Part shown: positions 37,542 to 50,989 of the stretch, in pieces | How the letters are laid out: every line of letters begins with the position of its first letter | Numbering within the stretch: position 1 is the first letter of the stretch | Source of the DNA: Torpedo marmorata | Lineage: Eukaryota | Assembly (NCBI GenBank): GCA_977017645.1 | Contig: OZ360222.1 | Location: 123,504,001-123,568,000, forward strand | Reading direction: 5' to 3' | DNA length: 64,000 nt | Translations under genes and position numbers: made by a program | Notes under the pieces: generated by a model | What the model saw: the letters and a program-made list of their open reading frames with translations, nothing else | The model's database searches: none | What the model was told of the DNA's origin: nothing

Positions 37542-40500
37542 GCGCAAGGCGTCAGGCCCTGATGGCGTACCTGGCAGGGTACTGAAAATCTGCACCAACC
37601 AACTAGCCGGAGTGTTCACGGACATTTTCAACCTCTCATTGTGGCAGTCAGAGGTTCCCACCTGCTTCAAAAGGGCATCAATCACCCAAGAAGATTAGTG
37701 TGAGCTGCCTCAACGACTACCGCCCAGTAGCACTAACCTCTACTGTGATGAAATGCTTTGAGAGGCTGGTCATGGCCAGAGTTAACATGTACCTAAGATC
37801 TGGACCCACTGCAATTCGCCTATCGTCCCAATCGCTCCACAGAAGTTGCAATATCGTTGGCTCTCCACTCAGCTCTGGATAACCTCGAAAACAGCAATTC
37901 ATACATACGGCTGCTCTTCATCGACTACAGCTTGGCCTTCAATACCATTATTCCCTCAGTGCTGGTCAAGAAGCTACAAACTCTAGGCCTCTGTACCCCC
38001 CTCTGCTCCTGGATCCTTGAATTTCTCATTGGAAGACCACAGTCAGTACGAATTGGAAACAACGTCTCCTCCTCACTGATTATCAACACAGGCGCACCCC
38101 AAGGATGCATGCTTAGCCCACTGCTTTACTCGTTATACACCCATGACTGTGTGGCCAGGCACAATTCCAATGCCATCTACAAGTTTGTCGATGACACCAC
38201 AGTTGTCGGCAGAATCACAAACGGTAATGAGGAAGCGTACAGGAGGGAGATCTATCCTGGAGCCTCCACGTTGATGCAATCACAAAGAAGGCTCGCCAGT
38301 GGCTATACTTTGTGAGGTGTCTGAGGAGATTCGGTATGTCACCGAAGACTCTCGTAAACTTATACAGGTGTACCATGGAGAGCATTCTGGCTGGTTGCAT
38401 CACTGTCTGGTATGGAGGCGCCAACTCTCAGGACAAGAATAAACTCCAGCAATATAGCTAGATTAATAAGTTTAATTAATTTATATAAAAAGAAACAGGA
38501 CTTACCATTGGTTGTAACGCTGGATGCAGTAAGGCTTTTGACAAATTAGAATGGAATTTTTTATTTAAGGTGTTAGAAAAATTTGGTTTTGGGAATACTT
38601 TTATAAATTGGATTAAAACTATATATAGAGAACCTACAGCTAAAGTAATTACAAATGGACAAATATCGCCAACATTTCCTTTAACGCGTTCTACGAGGAA
38701 GGGATGTCCCCTGTCACCAGCCCTATTTGTTTTGGCAATAGAACCTTTGGCTGAATTGATTAGAAAAGATCCTAACATAGTAGGGATTAAAGTAGGTATG
38801 GAAGAACATAAGATTAGTCTGTTTGCAGATGATGTATTAATATATATGACGAAATCTACTACATCACTTCAACAACTAGCTATTATATTAAAAGAATATG
38901 GTGAAATATCTGGTTATAAAATTAATTCAGATAAAAGTGAGATAATGGCTTTATCTCAAGGTGATTATACTAGATGTAGAGAGGTCACGGAATTTAAGTG
39001 GGCAAAAGAAGGAATCAAATATTTGGGAGTTAAAGTGGATACAAAATTAGAAAATTTGTATAAATTAAATTATGTACCTTTATTTATGAAAATAAAGAAA
39101 GACTTGGAAAATTGGAAAGATTTGCCTATAAGTTTAATGGGAAGAGTAAATTGTATTAAGATGAATATTTTTCCAAGAATTCAATATCTTTTTCAATCAA
39201 TTCCTTTCGGAATTCCAAAATTTTTTTTTAAAGATTTAAAGTTTATTATTAGGAAATTTTTATGGAAAGGGAAGTTAGCAAGAGTAAGTATGGATAAATT
39301 AACATGGAATTATGAGATGGGAGGATTGCAACTTCCTAATTTTCAATATTATTATAAAGCAGCTCAATTAAAATTTGTTAATGAATTTTTTGATTTAGCT
39401 AAATCTTCTGCTTGGATTAATATAGAATTAAATAATATAGGAGAAAATTATAAAGAGGATATTATTTATAAGTGTAAACTCTAAATTATTATCAGTAAAA
39501 AAGAAAAATTCACCGATTATTAAACATTTGTTGGAAATATGGACACAAGTAGATAAAGAAATAGGTGGAAAAGGGTTAATTTCTTTAAATATGCCATTAT
39601 ATCAAAATCCACTTTTACCATTTACTATTAATAATCAGTTATTGAAATTATGGTTTCAAAAAGGAATTAAGAATTTTAAGGATTGTTTTGAGGCTGGAAG
39701 ATTTGTTACGTTTCAAAGATTGAAGGACAAATTTAATGTATTAGATAATACATGGTTACCTTATTATCAAGTTAAAGCTTTTTTGATTGAGAAATTAGGG
39801 GATGATTTGATTGCACCAAGACAAAATGAGTTAGAATTATTAATAACTAAAGCAAATGTCAATAAGTTTATTTCTCAAATGTATAAATTATTTCAGAGAA
39901 AAATGCCTAAAGTAGGATTACATAAATCAAGATTAAAATGGGAATTAGATTTAAATGTTAATATAGCTGAAAATCATTGGAAAGATTTATGTAAATTAAG
40001 TATGACTAAAGTTATTAATGTTAGATATAGATTAGTACAATATAATTTTTTCCATCAATTATATTTAACACCAAAAAAATTAAAGAAATTTAATCCGACA
40101 TTATCAGATTTGTGTTTTAGATGTAAGAGTGAAGTAGGTTCTTTTGTTCACTCTACATGGTTATGTCCAAAAATTCAAGATTTTTGATTGAAAGTTAAGA
40201 ATTTTTTAGATAGAGTTTTCAATGTTATGTTTCCAATGGATCCTATGTTATTTTTATTCGGAGATATTATAAACTTTAGTATTAGGAATAGATTGAATAT
40301 GTATCAGGTAGAATTTTTACGAATTGCTTTAGCCGTTTCAAAAAAATGCATTGCTATTACTTGGAAAACAGATTTAGATTTAAGTTTAGAAAGGTGGCAT
40401 GCAGAACTTCGTTCATGTATACCATTAAAAAAGATTACTTATAATTTACGCAATAAGTATCATTCTTTTTTGAAAATTTGGAGCCCATATATGAGAGTTA

Positions 40501-41194
40501 TGAGTTTAACAATTTGAAAATCTCTAGATATCAGGTCTACTGGCGAGTTTAACCTCCATGATAGAATTAGTTTGTAGATGGTTCTCCCCTCACTATTATT
40601 CTATCTTTTTCTTCTTTCTTTTTTACTATACTTTATATTTTTTTTTATTAGAATAGTGGGGATGGGGGGGTTTGGGAAGGGAGGGTGGGTACGGGGGGAG
40701 AAAATATATATCACATGTATTTTGAAAGCTATACATTTTAATCTATGTATTTTGTGATTTAAAAATTTAAATAAAATAATATAAAGAATAAACTCCAGAG
40801 GGTTGTTAACTCGGCCTGTGATATCACAGGCACCAGACTTCACTCCATTGAGGACATCTACATGAGGTGGTGTCTTAAAAAAGCAGCCTCTATCCTCAAA
40901 GACCCCCACCACCCAGGCCATGCCCTCTTCACTCTGCTACCATCGGGAAAAAGGTACAGGAGCCTAAAGATGAGCACTCAACGGCACAAGAACAGCTTCT
41001 TCCCCGCTGCCATCAGATTCCTGAATAATCAATAAACCAAAGACACTGCCTTACTTTTCATGCACTATTATTTATATATTTTTTTATAGTAATGTCGTAA
41101 GATGGTTATAATATGAATGTTTGCACTATGATGCTGCCGCAAAACACCGCATTTCATGACTTGTTCATGACAATAAATTCTGATTCTGATTCTG
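37542..41194 (+). mobile_element. Rex1/Babar LINE split by an L1 insertion
   Basis: [33 protein letters not shown] and KFVDDT in 37542-38449. The sequence resumes at 40784 and ends in (TTCTGA)n. Confidence 0.92.
38450..40783 (+). mobile_element. 5'-truncated L1-clade LINE (ORF2 RT, C-terminal Cys-rich region, 3' UTR)
   Basis: TRKGCPLSPALF, SLFADD, IKYLGV, GGLQLPN and CFRC...H..WLC motifs. G-rich 3' UTR, AATAAA and an A-rich end. 15-bp TSD AAGAATAAACTCCAG (38435-38449 and 40784-40798). Confidence 0.93.
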
Positions 41195-42252
41195 ATGGAG
41201 AGCAAGTAGTTGATTCACTACCTGCCTGTATAACTCGGATCTCACCCATGGAAACATTTGTGGGAGCCACCATATTGAGCAACACTGCTTCTTTTCTTAA
41301 CTACAATGAATTTGTTCATTTAAACAATTTGGTAGACAAGAAAAGAAATAACTTTCATTTAAACTGTTTTTTTCACAACTCCAGGATGTCCTAAAATGCT
41401 GTACCACCAAATCTATCTATTTGTGCATAGTGAGTGCTGTGATGTGGTTGAATACTGAGGCCAGTTGATGCACCAGAGGGTCCAACAAACATCAATGGGC
41501 CATTAACTGGAAAATTAGGAGAGTAGTGTTTGAGGCTCATGCTGAATCTTGGTTTTGGAGGAATGTAGGGAAACCTGTGCACATGATCTCTCATCTGAAT
41601 GCTGGATTCTGAGACTGGGAGCTCGAAAAGAGGAAATATTCCATCTGCCAAAATGATCGTGTCTCAACCTGTCCTGTTAAAAAAAAAAATAGTTCAAAGG
41701 TAATAAGATGTGAATTGTAATGAGAGCCTAGAGGTTCGTGCTTGTAACTCTCCTCAACGAAGTTATATTCTTAAAAGGCAGTGGTAGGTTTTGAAGTAGT
41801 AATGCCCCAATTTAACTGATTGTACAGAAAACAGGAATGCTCCCATTCATTGATGTAACTGTGATTACATCATGCGAATGGAGAGATGGCCAATTCTACA
41901 GTGTCTATGCCATTTAGCTATTGACTATAGAATGCGTTGAACAACAAACCTGTGCAAAAGCCTTCGACACGTCACAAAAGAAAATAAAGTCCTGTTAATT
42001 TGACATTGAAAAAAATCTGATTCTATCTAAAATAGTGTTAAGGGAGGTAGAATAAGGAAGGGATGGCTTAGTATTTGTGTTGTTGGCAACCAGTTCAGCT
42101 TTTCACTCTCCCTGGCCCCACTGTAACCCCTCCTGTTCTACCTTTCCCTGCTTCTTTAAGATGCCTCTTTGATCAAAATTTTGTTCTCATATAATCTAAT
42201 ATTTCTTTCCGTGGCTTTGATAACTCTTCTGTGAAGGATCATGGATTATTTT

Positions 42253-43122
42253 TCAAAGTTCAAATTTATTGTCCAAGTACATACATGACATCACATACAA
42301 TTACATACAACCCTGAGATTCTTTTTCCTGTGGACTAGGCAGAATTTCTACTTATTGGTAACTGTAAATTTTACACAAGAAGAAGGATATGCATACAAAA
42401 GAGAGAAATGTAAAAGAACTATGAAATACAAAAAAATAAGCATTCAGAGTCTTTAAGTCTGTTGTTTAGGAATCTGATGGTGGAGGGGTAGCAACTGTTC
42501 CTGAACCTGGTGGTATGAGCCTTCCGGCACCTATACCTCTTTCCTGGTGGCAGCAGTGAGAACAGAGCTTGTGCTGGGTGGTGTGGATCCTTGATGATTG
42601 CTGCTGCTCTCCGACGGCAGCATTCCATGCAGATTTTCTTGATGGTGGGGAGAGTTTTGCCTGTGATGTTCTGGGCTTTTGCGGGGCTTTCTGCTCAGAA
42701 GTATTAGTGCCCTCATATCAGGCTGTGATGCAGCCGATCAGCACACTATCCACTACACATCTGTAGAAGTTTGCCAAGATTTCCAATGTCATACTGAACC
42801 TCTGCAAACTCCTGAGGAAGCAGAGGCACTGACGTGCTTTCTTCACGATGACATTAGTATGTTGGGTCCAGGAAAGGTCCTCCGAGGTAGTGACTCCCAG
42901 AAATTTAAATTTGTTCACCCTCTGCACCTCTGATCCCCCAATGATCACTGGACAGTACACCTTTGGTTTCCCCTTCCTAAAGTTCACAATCAGCGCCTTG
43001 GTTTTAGTGACATTGAGTGAGCAGTTATTGTTAGTACACCATTCAGCCAAGTTTTCAATCTCCCTCCTGTATGCTGACTCTTTGCCCCTTTTATGCAGCC
43101 CACTACTGTGGTATCGTCAGCC
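42253..43122 (-). mobile_element. Rex1/Babar LINE, 5'-truncated, same subfamily as 17855-19590
   Basis: AEWCTNNN, FKFLGVT and LLPPGKRYR motifs. The 3' UTR matches 19490-19570. Confidence 0.9.
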
Positions 43123-44929
43123 ATGGTACATTCCAAGTTAAAGGATATACTGTAGATATTGTAACTTCAACTGCTGGAGTATACTTCCCCCTTGAGACCA
43201 TTCCTTAAGAGTCATGATGCCTTATTCTGATATCCCCATGTTTTCCACACTCTCAAAAAAACTCACTAGTGGCCATGGTGACCGGGGCAGGAGACTCTAG
43301 GTTGGAGCTGTTAAGGTTGATGTAGTAATCAGAAGGCCAAAGAGCTGTCTGCTGCCAGTGTTCTGGCATTGAATTAAATTATGTATTTGCCAAATGGGAT
43401 GTGAGTTTTGACCCAAACCTTGCAACAAAGTAATCATTTGGGTGTGGTTCAAATGTATAGAGGGCAGAAAATCGAAACAATGTTGAACCAAGGTTATTGT
43501 TCCAGTGTCGGCGTACTATCAGAAAACGGCTAAGGAAAGCACGACTTTAAAGCACCCTGTATTCAAACTTGTTGAATTTCCATGCTTGACTGAGAGAGTG
43601 AGATAAGATTACTTCGGCATCAGAAAAGAAAAATTACTTGATCAAAAGGGAGTACACCAATGTAGGATTCATGATGTCATTGTTTTGGACATTATTATTT
43701 TTGTCCCTTTAAGGCTAAGAAACTAAAAGCTGTTGTAACTCCCAGAGTAATGTTTCTGCGTTAACTTTGAAATGCTTCCAGCTATTGATATAAATGAGGC
43801 TTTGAGTATTAATGAATACAGGCTCGGATATTTACTGCCACTGCTGCCAACACCCATCTTCCATAGTCTCTCAGAGCCAAGGGCGACCTGCTTCCACTTC
43901 AGCTCCATGGAGTGGAAGATACTTTGTGTCAGTGTCGGATGGTCGATGCACATCAACTAACACATGGTTTTGCAAGAAACATCAGCAATAAATCTTTGTC
44001 TGTAGACTTTCGTGTTTCACTCTGCCAGAGCGAGGTCTTGGTCCAATGGCAAGGAGGCCAAAGACAAGCAAGCGGAGACCAGGCTCTGATGCTTACACAC
44101 TCTGCCTTGGCCCCTACTGACCGTGATCCCTTCTGTGCTTTCATTCCCCCCTTCCCTCAGTCTCCCTCTCTCTGTGCCCCCTCCCCCAACTATCACCGCA
44201 AGTATCGTCCCTTGTTCACTCCCCTCCCCTCCTGGTCATTCCCTCAGGCCCTTCTGTCTTTTTTCTCTCATTTCCCCTGCTGTTTCCTGTCCCAGGTTCC
44301 TCCCACTTCCCAGTTGCACCCTTCACTGCCACTTGCTCTAACCAAGGCCGGCCACACACTTTTGCCAGCCCACTGCCCCACCCCTTTCACCCAATAACCG
44401 CGCTGCTCAAAGCTTGCAGCCTTAACCCCCAACCACTCTGCCCCAACCCCTCCCTTCAAAAAGCCTCCTTCTGCAGCTGACACACCACCTAAGTGCAGGA
44501 CAGATTCGCAGATACAGAGTATTGTGTCCACAGTTTCACATTCAGATCTACAGCTCAATGAAATTATGGCAAGCATGTCACTCTTGTTTAATTGCAATGT
44601 AATAAAAAATTCCAGAGGTTTGAGATGTGGCCCGTTTTAGCAAGTTCAATCCTCTACTGATTGATATCCCACGAAAACCGTTCCAAATTTTAATATATTA
44701 AATCAGAACAAAAGGAGAGCTGTATATGTCAATGTATTGTCTGCAGTGATTACCCATCTAGAGGACAGGGCATTTAAAGTAGCAAGTTCTGTTACCTAGT
44801 AATGACTTACTGACCTGATGCTTAAAAAAAAGTGTTTGGTTTGCTACAGTATTTGAAGGAACGAGTTCAATTCACTACTGTTAGATACATTTGTGAACAT
44901 TTTAAGAATTATTTCAATTTTAATGTATT

Positions 44930-45380
44930 TTTTTGTAAATGGATGGATTCACTGAGGTTGGAGTTGCCTGAATGGGATAGATCACATCCATGATGGCACT
45001 GATTTGAACACAGAAATAAAGTCGCACTGCACTAATATAGTGTCTTGGTGAGACTGCATCTGAAGTATTTTGCACAGGTTTGGCCTTCTTACCTACAAAG
45101 GGATGTACTTGCCTCAGAGGGAGTCCGGAGGACTGACTTCTCTGGAATTTACAAGAATGAGAGGCTATCTTATCAAAACATTCAAGATGGGATGGTGAAC
45201 CTTTGGGACTCTCTACTTCGTAGGGCTGATGAGGATCAGTTATTGTGTTCATTCAAAACATAGAACAATAGTTTGAAGGAAAAATGGTGCTTAGGTAGAA
45301 GATCACACACTGTGTTAATAAATGATAAAGTAGTTTCAAAGGCCCAGATTGCCTACTTGTGTCTTAATTTATGTATCTTG
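44930..45380 (+). mobile_element. Old CR1 LINE remnant
   Basis: LVRLHLKYFAQVWPSYLQRDVLASEGVRR resembles the CR1 LVRPHLEYCVQFWSP motif, followed by a decayed tail. Confidence 0.65.
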
Positions 45381-45424
45381 TGAAAGGACACTTACAGTAT
45401 CAAAGCTTGGATAAAATGTTAAAC

Positions 45425-46090
45425 ACAAACGTGCTGGAGAAACTGAGGTCACACAACATCCAATAGGAAGCAACGTTTCAAGCCTGGGCCCTTCGTAAGA
45501 TTTGTCAGGTCACGATGAAGGGCCCAGGTCCAGTGGCGTCACGAGGTTTGGTGTCACCCAGTGCGGTAACTCATGGTGTCACCCCCCCCCCCCCATGGAC
45601 CAAGTGTACGAGTGTACCGAGCGTAGAAGAAACAGGTGTGTGTTCCTTGTATGTCCGGGTTGGCGGCCGCGGCGCTGAGCGGGTGGGGGGGGGGGGGTGG
45701 GGCTCTGCCCGGAGCACATTAGAAGGTTCAAAAAGTAAATTAGCATAGTTTTAGCCTTGTAGGTATATTGATACATGTATGATGGGCTTACGAAAATTTT
45801 TTTTTGTTGTTATAACTAACTACAGGGATATTTTTATAAAAAATAATAAATTTCTGCTGAAACACTGCACAAAAATTTTATAGACAGTCATTTTGATTTC
45901 ACCCCCTCTGATGGTCACTAGGGGGATGCGGTCTGCATCCCCCGCACCCCCCTTGTGACGCCAGTGCCCAGGTCTGAAATATTGTTTACCCTTTGCTTCC
46001 TAATGGATGCTGTGTGATCTGCTAAAGTTTCTCCAGCACGTTTATGTATTGCACTTACCCCAGCATTGGCAGACTTTGTTGTTTAACTCC
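45425..46090. mobile_element. Penelope-derived fold-back element interrupted by a hAT MITE
   Basis: Arms gtgctggagaaact... and ...agtttctccagcac. Imperfect flanking direct repeat taaaatgttaaac / tgaaatattaaac. Confidence 0.75.
45531..45966. mobile_element. Non-autonomous hAT MITE
   Basis: TIRs CAGTGGCGTCAC and GTGACGCCAGTG (one mismatch). 8-bp TSD CCCAGGTC at 45523-45530 and 45967-45974. Confidence 0.9.
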
Positions 46091-46104
46091 TGAAATATTA
46101 AACT

Positions 46105-46800
46105 ACCTCCTGGCTGCCCTCTCAGGTGGAAATAAAAGATCTAGTAGCGCCCTATGTAAATTGTAACATTGTGGGAGACTGTGTCAGGCTGACTTTTCTG
46201 ACCCACTTTGTTTGTGATTCAGAGGATCACAAGCATTCCCAATACTGGGATCTCTGTCTCACCCTGGGATCTCTGTCCTTATCTCACCCTGTCCTGAGGT
46301 TTGTGGCCTCTGTCTCACCCAGTGCTGGGATCTCTGGCCTCTGTCTCACCCAGTCCTGGGGTTAGTGGCCTCTGTCTCACCCAGTCCTGGTGTTTCTTGC
46401 CTGCTTCTTGCCCACTCCGTGGTCTCTGGTCTCCCTCTGAACTGACTTCTGCACATGACTGCAACCTATAAAATGTAAATGTTACTTTCTGCTTCTTTTT
46501 TAACCTGTCTCATTGCAATTTAGCTGAAATTAGCTGAAGGTCCTGCAGTTTTGTTTGGGTTTAGTTACGAATTATGAAGAAGTGGGGAAGTTATTCCCAA
46601 TGCTTTGGGTAAAATTATCTCTTAATGAGGATCACATACAGAGAATGGTACATGATGATCACATTTAACTGTGGGAGCTTGCTGTGTGCAAATTGCCTGC
46701 CTTGTTTCTGACATCACAGCAGTGAATACACTTTAGAAATACTGCTTTGGCTGGAGGATGCTTTAAGATTGTGAAAAGCACAATAAGCATCCAAGTCTTT
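46105..46800 (+). mobile_element. SacSINE1/DeuSINE-like SINE interrupted by a repeat-containing insert
   Basis: ctgccctctcaggtgga..taaaagat, then tgtgggagcttgctgtgtgcaaattg...caagtcttt. Confidence 0.65.
46245..46415. repeat. Short minisatellite, unit about 31 bp (GGCCTCTGTCTCACCCAGTCCTGGG...)
   Basis: About five imperfect copies of ctctgtctcacccagt. Confidence 0.85.
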
Positions 46801-48484
46801 CCCATCATGTTAGGCTGCTTGGCAAGTGTGAAATAACATGTGACAACTTCATCCTATTTAGCAGATGTGTTAAAAATGGGAAAAGCTCTGAAATTCAACA
46901 CTGTGGCAAAATTGACTTCTGGTAGATTGCGAAATAAGCACTCAGGGCCAGTGATTGAGTCCGATCGTTGAAATGAAATAAAGACAATTTTTTTGTGAAA
47001 TATTTTGGTCAAGCTTTCTGGAGGGAAAATTAAACCTTCAGGTTTTTTTAATGCTATTGTTTCAGTTTGCACCATACCTGTTCTACATTCTCCATTTCAT
47101 GCACTGAAAGCTAATGAAAGTAAATAAGCTGGAAATTATAACCCTGGCACAAGTTCTGGCTGTCGGTCTTCTCCTTTGAGGTATTCTGCAGCAACTAAAG
47201 ACCTGTTTGCCTCTTGCAGGTGTAAATTTGTGACAGTAACCACCTCTTTGTCTTAATAACAACTCCTAATGTGTGAAACCCATTGCACTAATATTTATTG
47301 GGTGAACTGAAAGTAAATGTTCGAGATGTGAGTCACCCTACGTGGTGTTGCTGGCGTTTGCAACAGTGGGATTGCCATGAAGTATATTTTGATCAGACGT
47401 TGTTTTCTGAGACTGATCCTCCCTCCTCCCTTTCCCTGGAACTGTTTGCTGCTTTCATGTTGGATTTATTAAGGAAAAATAGAGCTGCCCAAATTTCCAG
47501 TCTGAGCATGTTTTAGCACAGCTCCCCAATGGAAAGGCAATTTGTGAAATTATGTGATGGAGTAATTAGACAAAGCCAGGGCTTTTTGATTGCTGCCATG
47601 CGTGCACATTGTAGGCATCTTAACTGCTGCAGCAGTGCATGAACAGGCTGCTTAGAGTGTCCTGGTTGATTTGTAAATAAGACTACAAGATAACCATAGA
47701 TGAAAACATTCAAAGGTCTACCTCATGAATTAGTCACAGTAAAGCCTTTGAGATCTGTAAAATGCACATGTAAAGTCTGAACTGAGAAAGCCGCATGCCT
47801 CTTATAATATAATTAGGGTCTAATTTACCATCCTTTTGCACACATGTAATAATGTCTAGATATTTATTTTCTCCTTAAGCACATTACATGTACCTCTGTG
47901 AAACAGTTATTGAACAGAAACAGGTGTGCAGACATCACTAATTCATTTCTTCGCTGTAAACACAGAGCAGTTTAAAATAAATATTTACCAAAAAGACACT
48001 GCACAAAAAAAATGTGAATGCCAGTAAATTACATGTTAATGGACAGATGCCCTTTACCGACTGATGGATTTTGTGATGGTTAAGTAAATTAAAGTAAATG
48101 TAAGAAAAATCAATAGCCATGCAGAGGCCTGGTTGAGTCTGAGAGTACGGACAGAATGACAGATGTTCTGCATGTGACCCAGCTGAGAAATATGGCTTGT
48201 TGTATTCGGCACACATTGAACTGCTTTTTCCTTTGCAGATTTTTTTTTCGTTGAACACTGCTAACCCATTATAATTATCAAAATACCCTTCTTGAAGCAC
48301 TGAATTCTGATTGCTTGCTTATGCTTTTCAGGTCAAAACAAATACACTTGAATTGCAACTTAGAAAAAATGTGTTGCATCAGTTTAGTGATTTGTTTTGT
48401 GACTAGTTTACAATTTCTTTCTTCCATCCATATTGAAAACTAAAGAATGATCTACACAACTTACCAGTACTTTGAAAAACAACC

Positions 48485-48770
48485 ACATCTTGCATTCATA
48501 TAGCAACTTTAATGGAGCAAAATCATGAGGGGCTCTTTTTAGAGGCACTGCCAAGCAAAAGTTGACACTGAGCTACAGCATGGACGGGTGGATTTAAAAA
48601 GGATCCTCAAGGAGGATAAAGGGGAGGAGACAAATGGATGGAGAAGTTAAGGGAGAAAACTGTAGAGCTATGGGCACCAGGCATTTGAAGAAATACCTGT
48701 CAGTGGCTGAGTAACAGAATTCAGCAATTATACATTGAACAGCAACGGAGGAGTGCAAAGAATTTTCAAG
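48485..48770 (-). mobile_element. Old L2-type LINE 3' end remnant
   Basis: Similar to 23830-24080. Confidence 0.5.
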
Positions 48771-49544
48771 GTTGATAACCTACTAAGACTGAAAATGTGA
48801 GAATGCTGGAAACACTCAGCTGGTCAGGCAGTGTCTGTGCAAAGGCAAGCAGTTAATGATTCAGATCTGAGACCCCTCACCAGAGCTGCTGAACAGTCTG
48901 TCAACGTGACAAAGGGTCTCAAATTGGAAGTATTGAGTACAGTTGCAGCCTGACTTGCTGACATCTGTGAATGTTCGGCCTGGATGACTGTGGGGATAGG
49001 GAGAGGTTAATCCCAGCACTCATCTGAAAACAAGAGAAATAACTTTAAAACTGAGTGACGCAGCGGCAGGAGTGAACGGGTGACCTGGGATAAAGGCAGC
49101 AGAATTTTGAATACATTCAAGCTTCTGTTGGATTGAATGAGGGAAGCCAACAAGGAGAGCATTGGAATAACGATGAAAGGTGTGAATGAGGCTTTCAGCC
49201 CCAAGGAGATGAGGGGGTAAGGGGGTCATGTGATGTTACAGAGCTGGAAATAATGATGCTCTTAGTAATTACATGAACGTGAGTGCAGTAAAAGTCTGCT
49301 CAGGCTTAAAGTTACAACCTAACCCAACCACAGCCAATCCCAATGCAACCCAAGCCTGAGGAACCAACCTGACTCAAGCTGTATCAGGGGCGTATTGGCA
49401 AAATTGGAAAGAAAATTTGACTGTGATGCACACACATTGCTATTGATGAAGAAGGGAGGACACATCTGCATTACTAAGCAAATTATCCATTCCTAGGTAA
49501 AGTATTGAGCCGGCTGACCCAACCCAAATATTTTCTTAGAACAA

Positions 49545-49790
49545 GCGGCAAGGTTAGTGTCGCGGTTAGCACAATACTAATATTACACCAGCGACCTGGG
49601 TTCGAATCTGGCGCTGTTTCTGAGTTTGTACTTTCTCCCTGTGTCTGCGTGGGTTTCCTCTGGGTGCTCCAGTTGCCTCCCACATTCCAAAGACGTACGG
49701 GGTTAGGAGGTTAATTAGTCACGTGGGAGTATTTGGGCAGCACGGACTTGTGGGCCGGAAGAACCCGTTACTGTGCTGCATCTCTATATG
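49545..49790 (+). mobile_element. HE1-like tRNA-derived SINE
   Basis: gggttcgaatc B box, core and tail. Followed by a short Penelope pLTR scrap at about 49800-49840. Confidence 0.87.
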
Positions 49791-50200
49791 TAAAGTATAC
49801 TATTTGACCTGCTGAGTTTCTCCAGTATTGTCTTTTTACTCTAAATGCATCTGACCTGTTCCAAACCCAAAGTAGTTGAGTCTCATCAAACTGGAATGGA
49901 GAAGCCACGCTCCATAGTGTAGTGTCATTCAGTGAATAGGAATAGAAAGTCTGGTTGGGGAACACCTCTATCATAAACACACAGAATGCCTTGGATATCT
50001 AATAACTTAATATGCACTATGCTGTTGCTCAGTCATGTTCTTATTGCAGGGAAGCAGGCGTGAGATGCTACATGGCCTCTTCCTTTTCCTGTGGTCTTTT
50101 ATTTTGGACTGGGGAAAGCCAACTATACACACCACATGTGATTGGGATTCAAACAACTTCTGAGTCTGGCATTCCCCTGTCAAACATCTGGTTTAACATT

Positions 50201-50401
50201 GAGATACAAGAGACTGCAGATGGTATAATCTGAAGCTGAAAAACCAATCTGCTGGAGGAATTCGAATGGTTGAGCAGCATCTATGGAGAAAAAGAGATGG
50301 TCAAGATGGTCGAGACCTTGCTTTGGAAATGACAACTATCCCTTTGCTTCTGAAGATGCTGCTTGACTTGCCGAGTTCCTCCAGCAGTTTGTTTTTTTGG
50401 C
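50201..50401. mobile_element. Older Penelope-derived fold-back element
   Basis: Arms ctgctggaggaattcg...gcagcatc and gatgctgc...cgagttcctccagcag. Perfect 14-bp direct repeat TCTGGTTTAACATT at 50187-50200 and 50402-50415. Confidence 0.75.
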
Positions 50402-50989
50402 TCTGGTTTAACATTTGTGACTCCATGAGAGGAAGACTATTGGAGTTACCATTCGTATTCTCCGGCACTGTTTTGTGGCAGTCTTAAGTGTAAATTTGTA
50501 AACAACTGTCATGTTGATTTGCTTTATGAAACAAGCTGTGAAGACAATAATGAAAGCTTCTTTCCAAATCCTCATTTTACCTGGTAAATTGGTACGATGT
50601 AAATTGACAGAGAATGCCCAGATAGTAAATAATAACATTGGACAATGAAAATTTTGCTTCCTGAACACTTTTGGGTGTATTTTATGGATTGTGGACTGCT
50701 GATCACGAAAATCACCTTAAAATTTTCCTATCACGTACTGCTTTTTGGATATAACCTATTTTTGTGATTTCCTGTCATATTTTACATCTACTAGTATATT
50801 GCCCACAAAGCATACAAAACCATGAAGTGCAACATGTCATTGAAAATTAATTTTCTGTGTTCACAATTGGACTTCTTCCCTGCTGATCTTGGTGCAGTCA
50901 GTAATGAACATGGTAAATGGTTTCACCAGGACATTGCGATCATGGAAAAGCGGAATCAGGGCAACTGGAATCTATCAATGCTGGCCGAC

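Noticed and set aside
43912-44597. Pro-rich ORFs of 161 aa and 109 aa
   Set aside because: Low-complexity pyrimidine-rich DNA with no recognisable domain or splice support.
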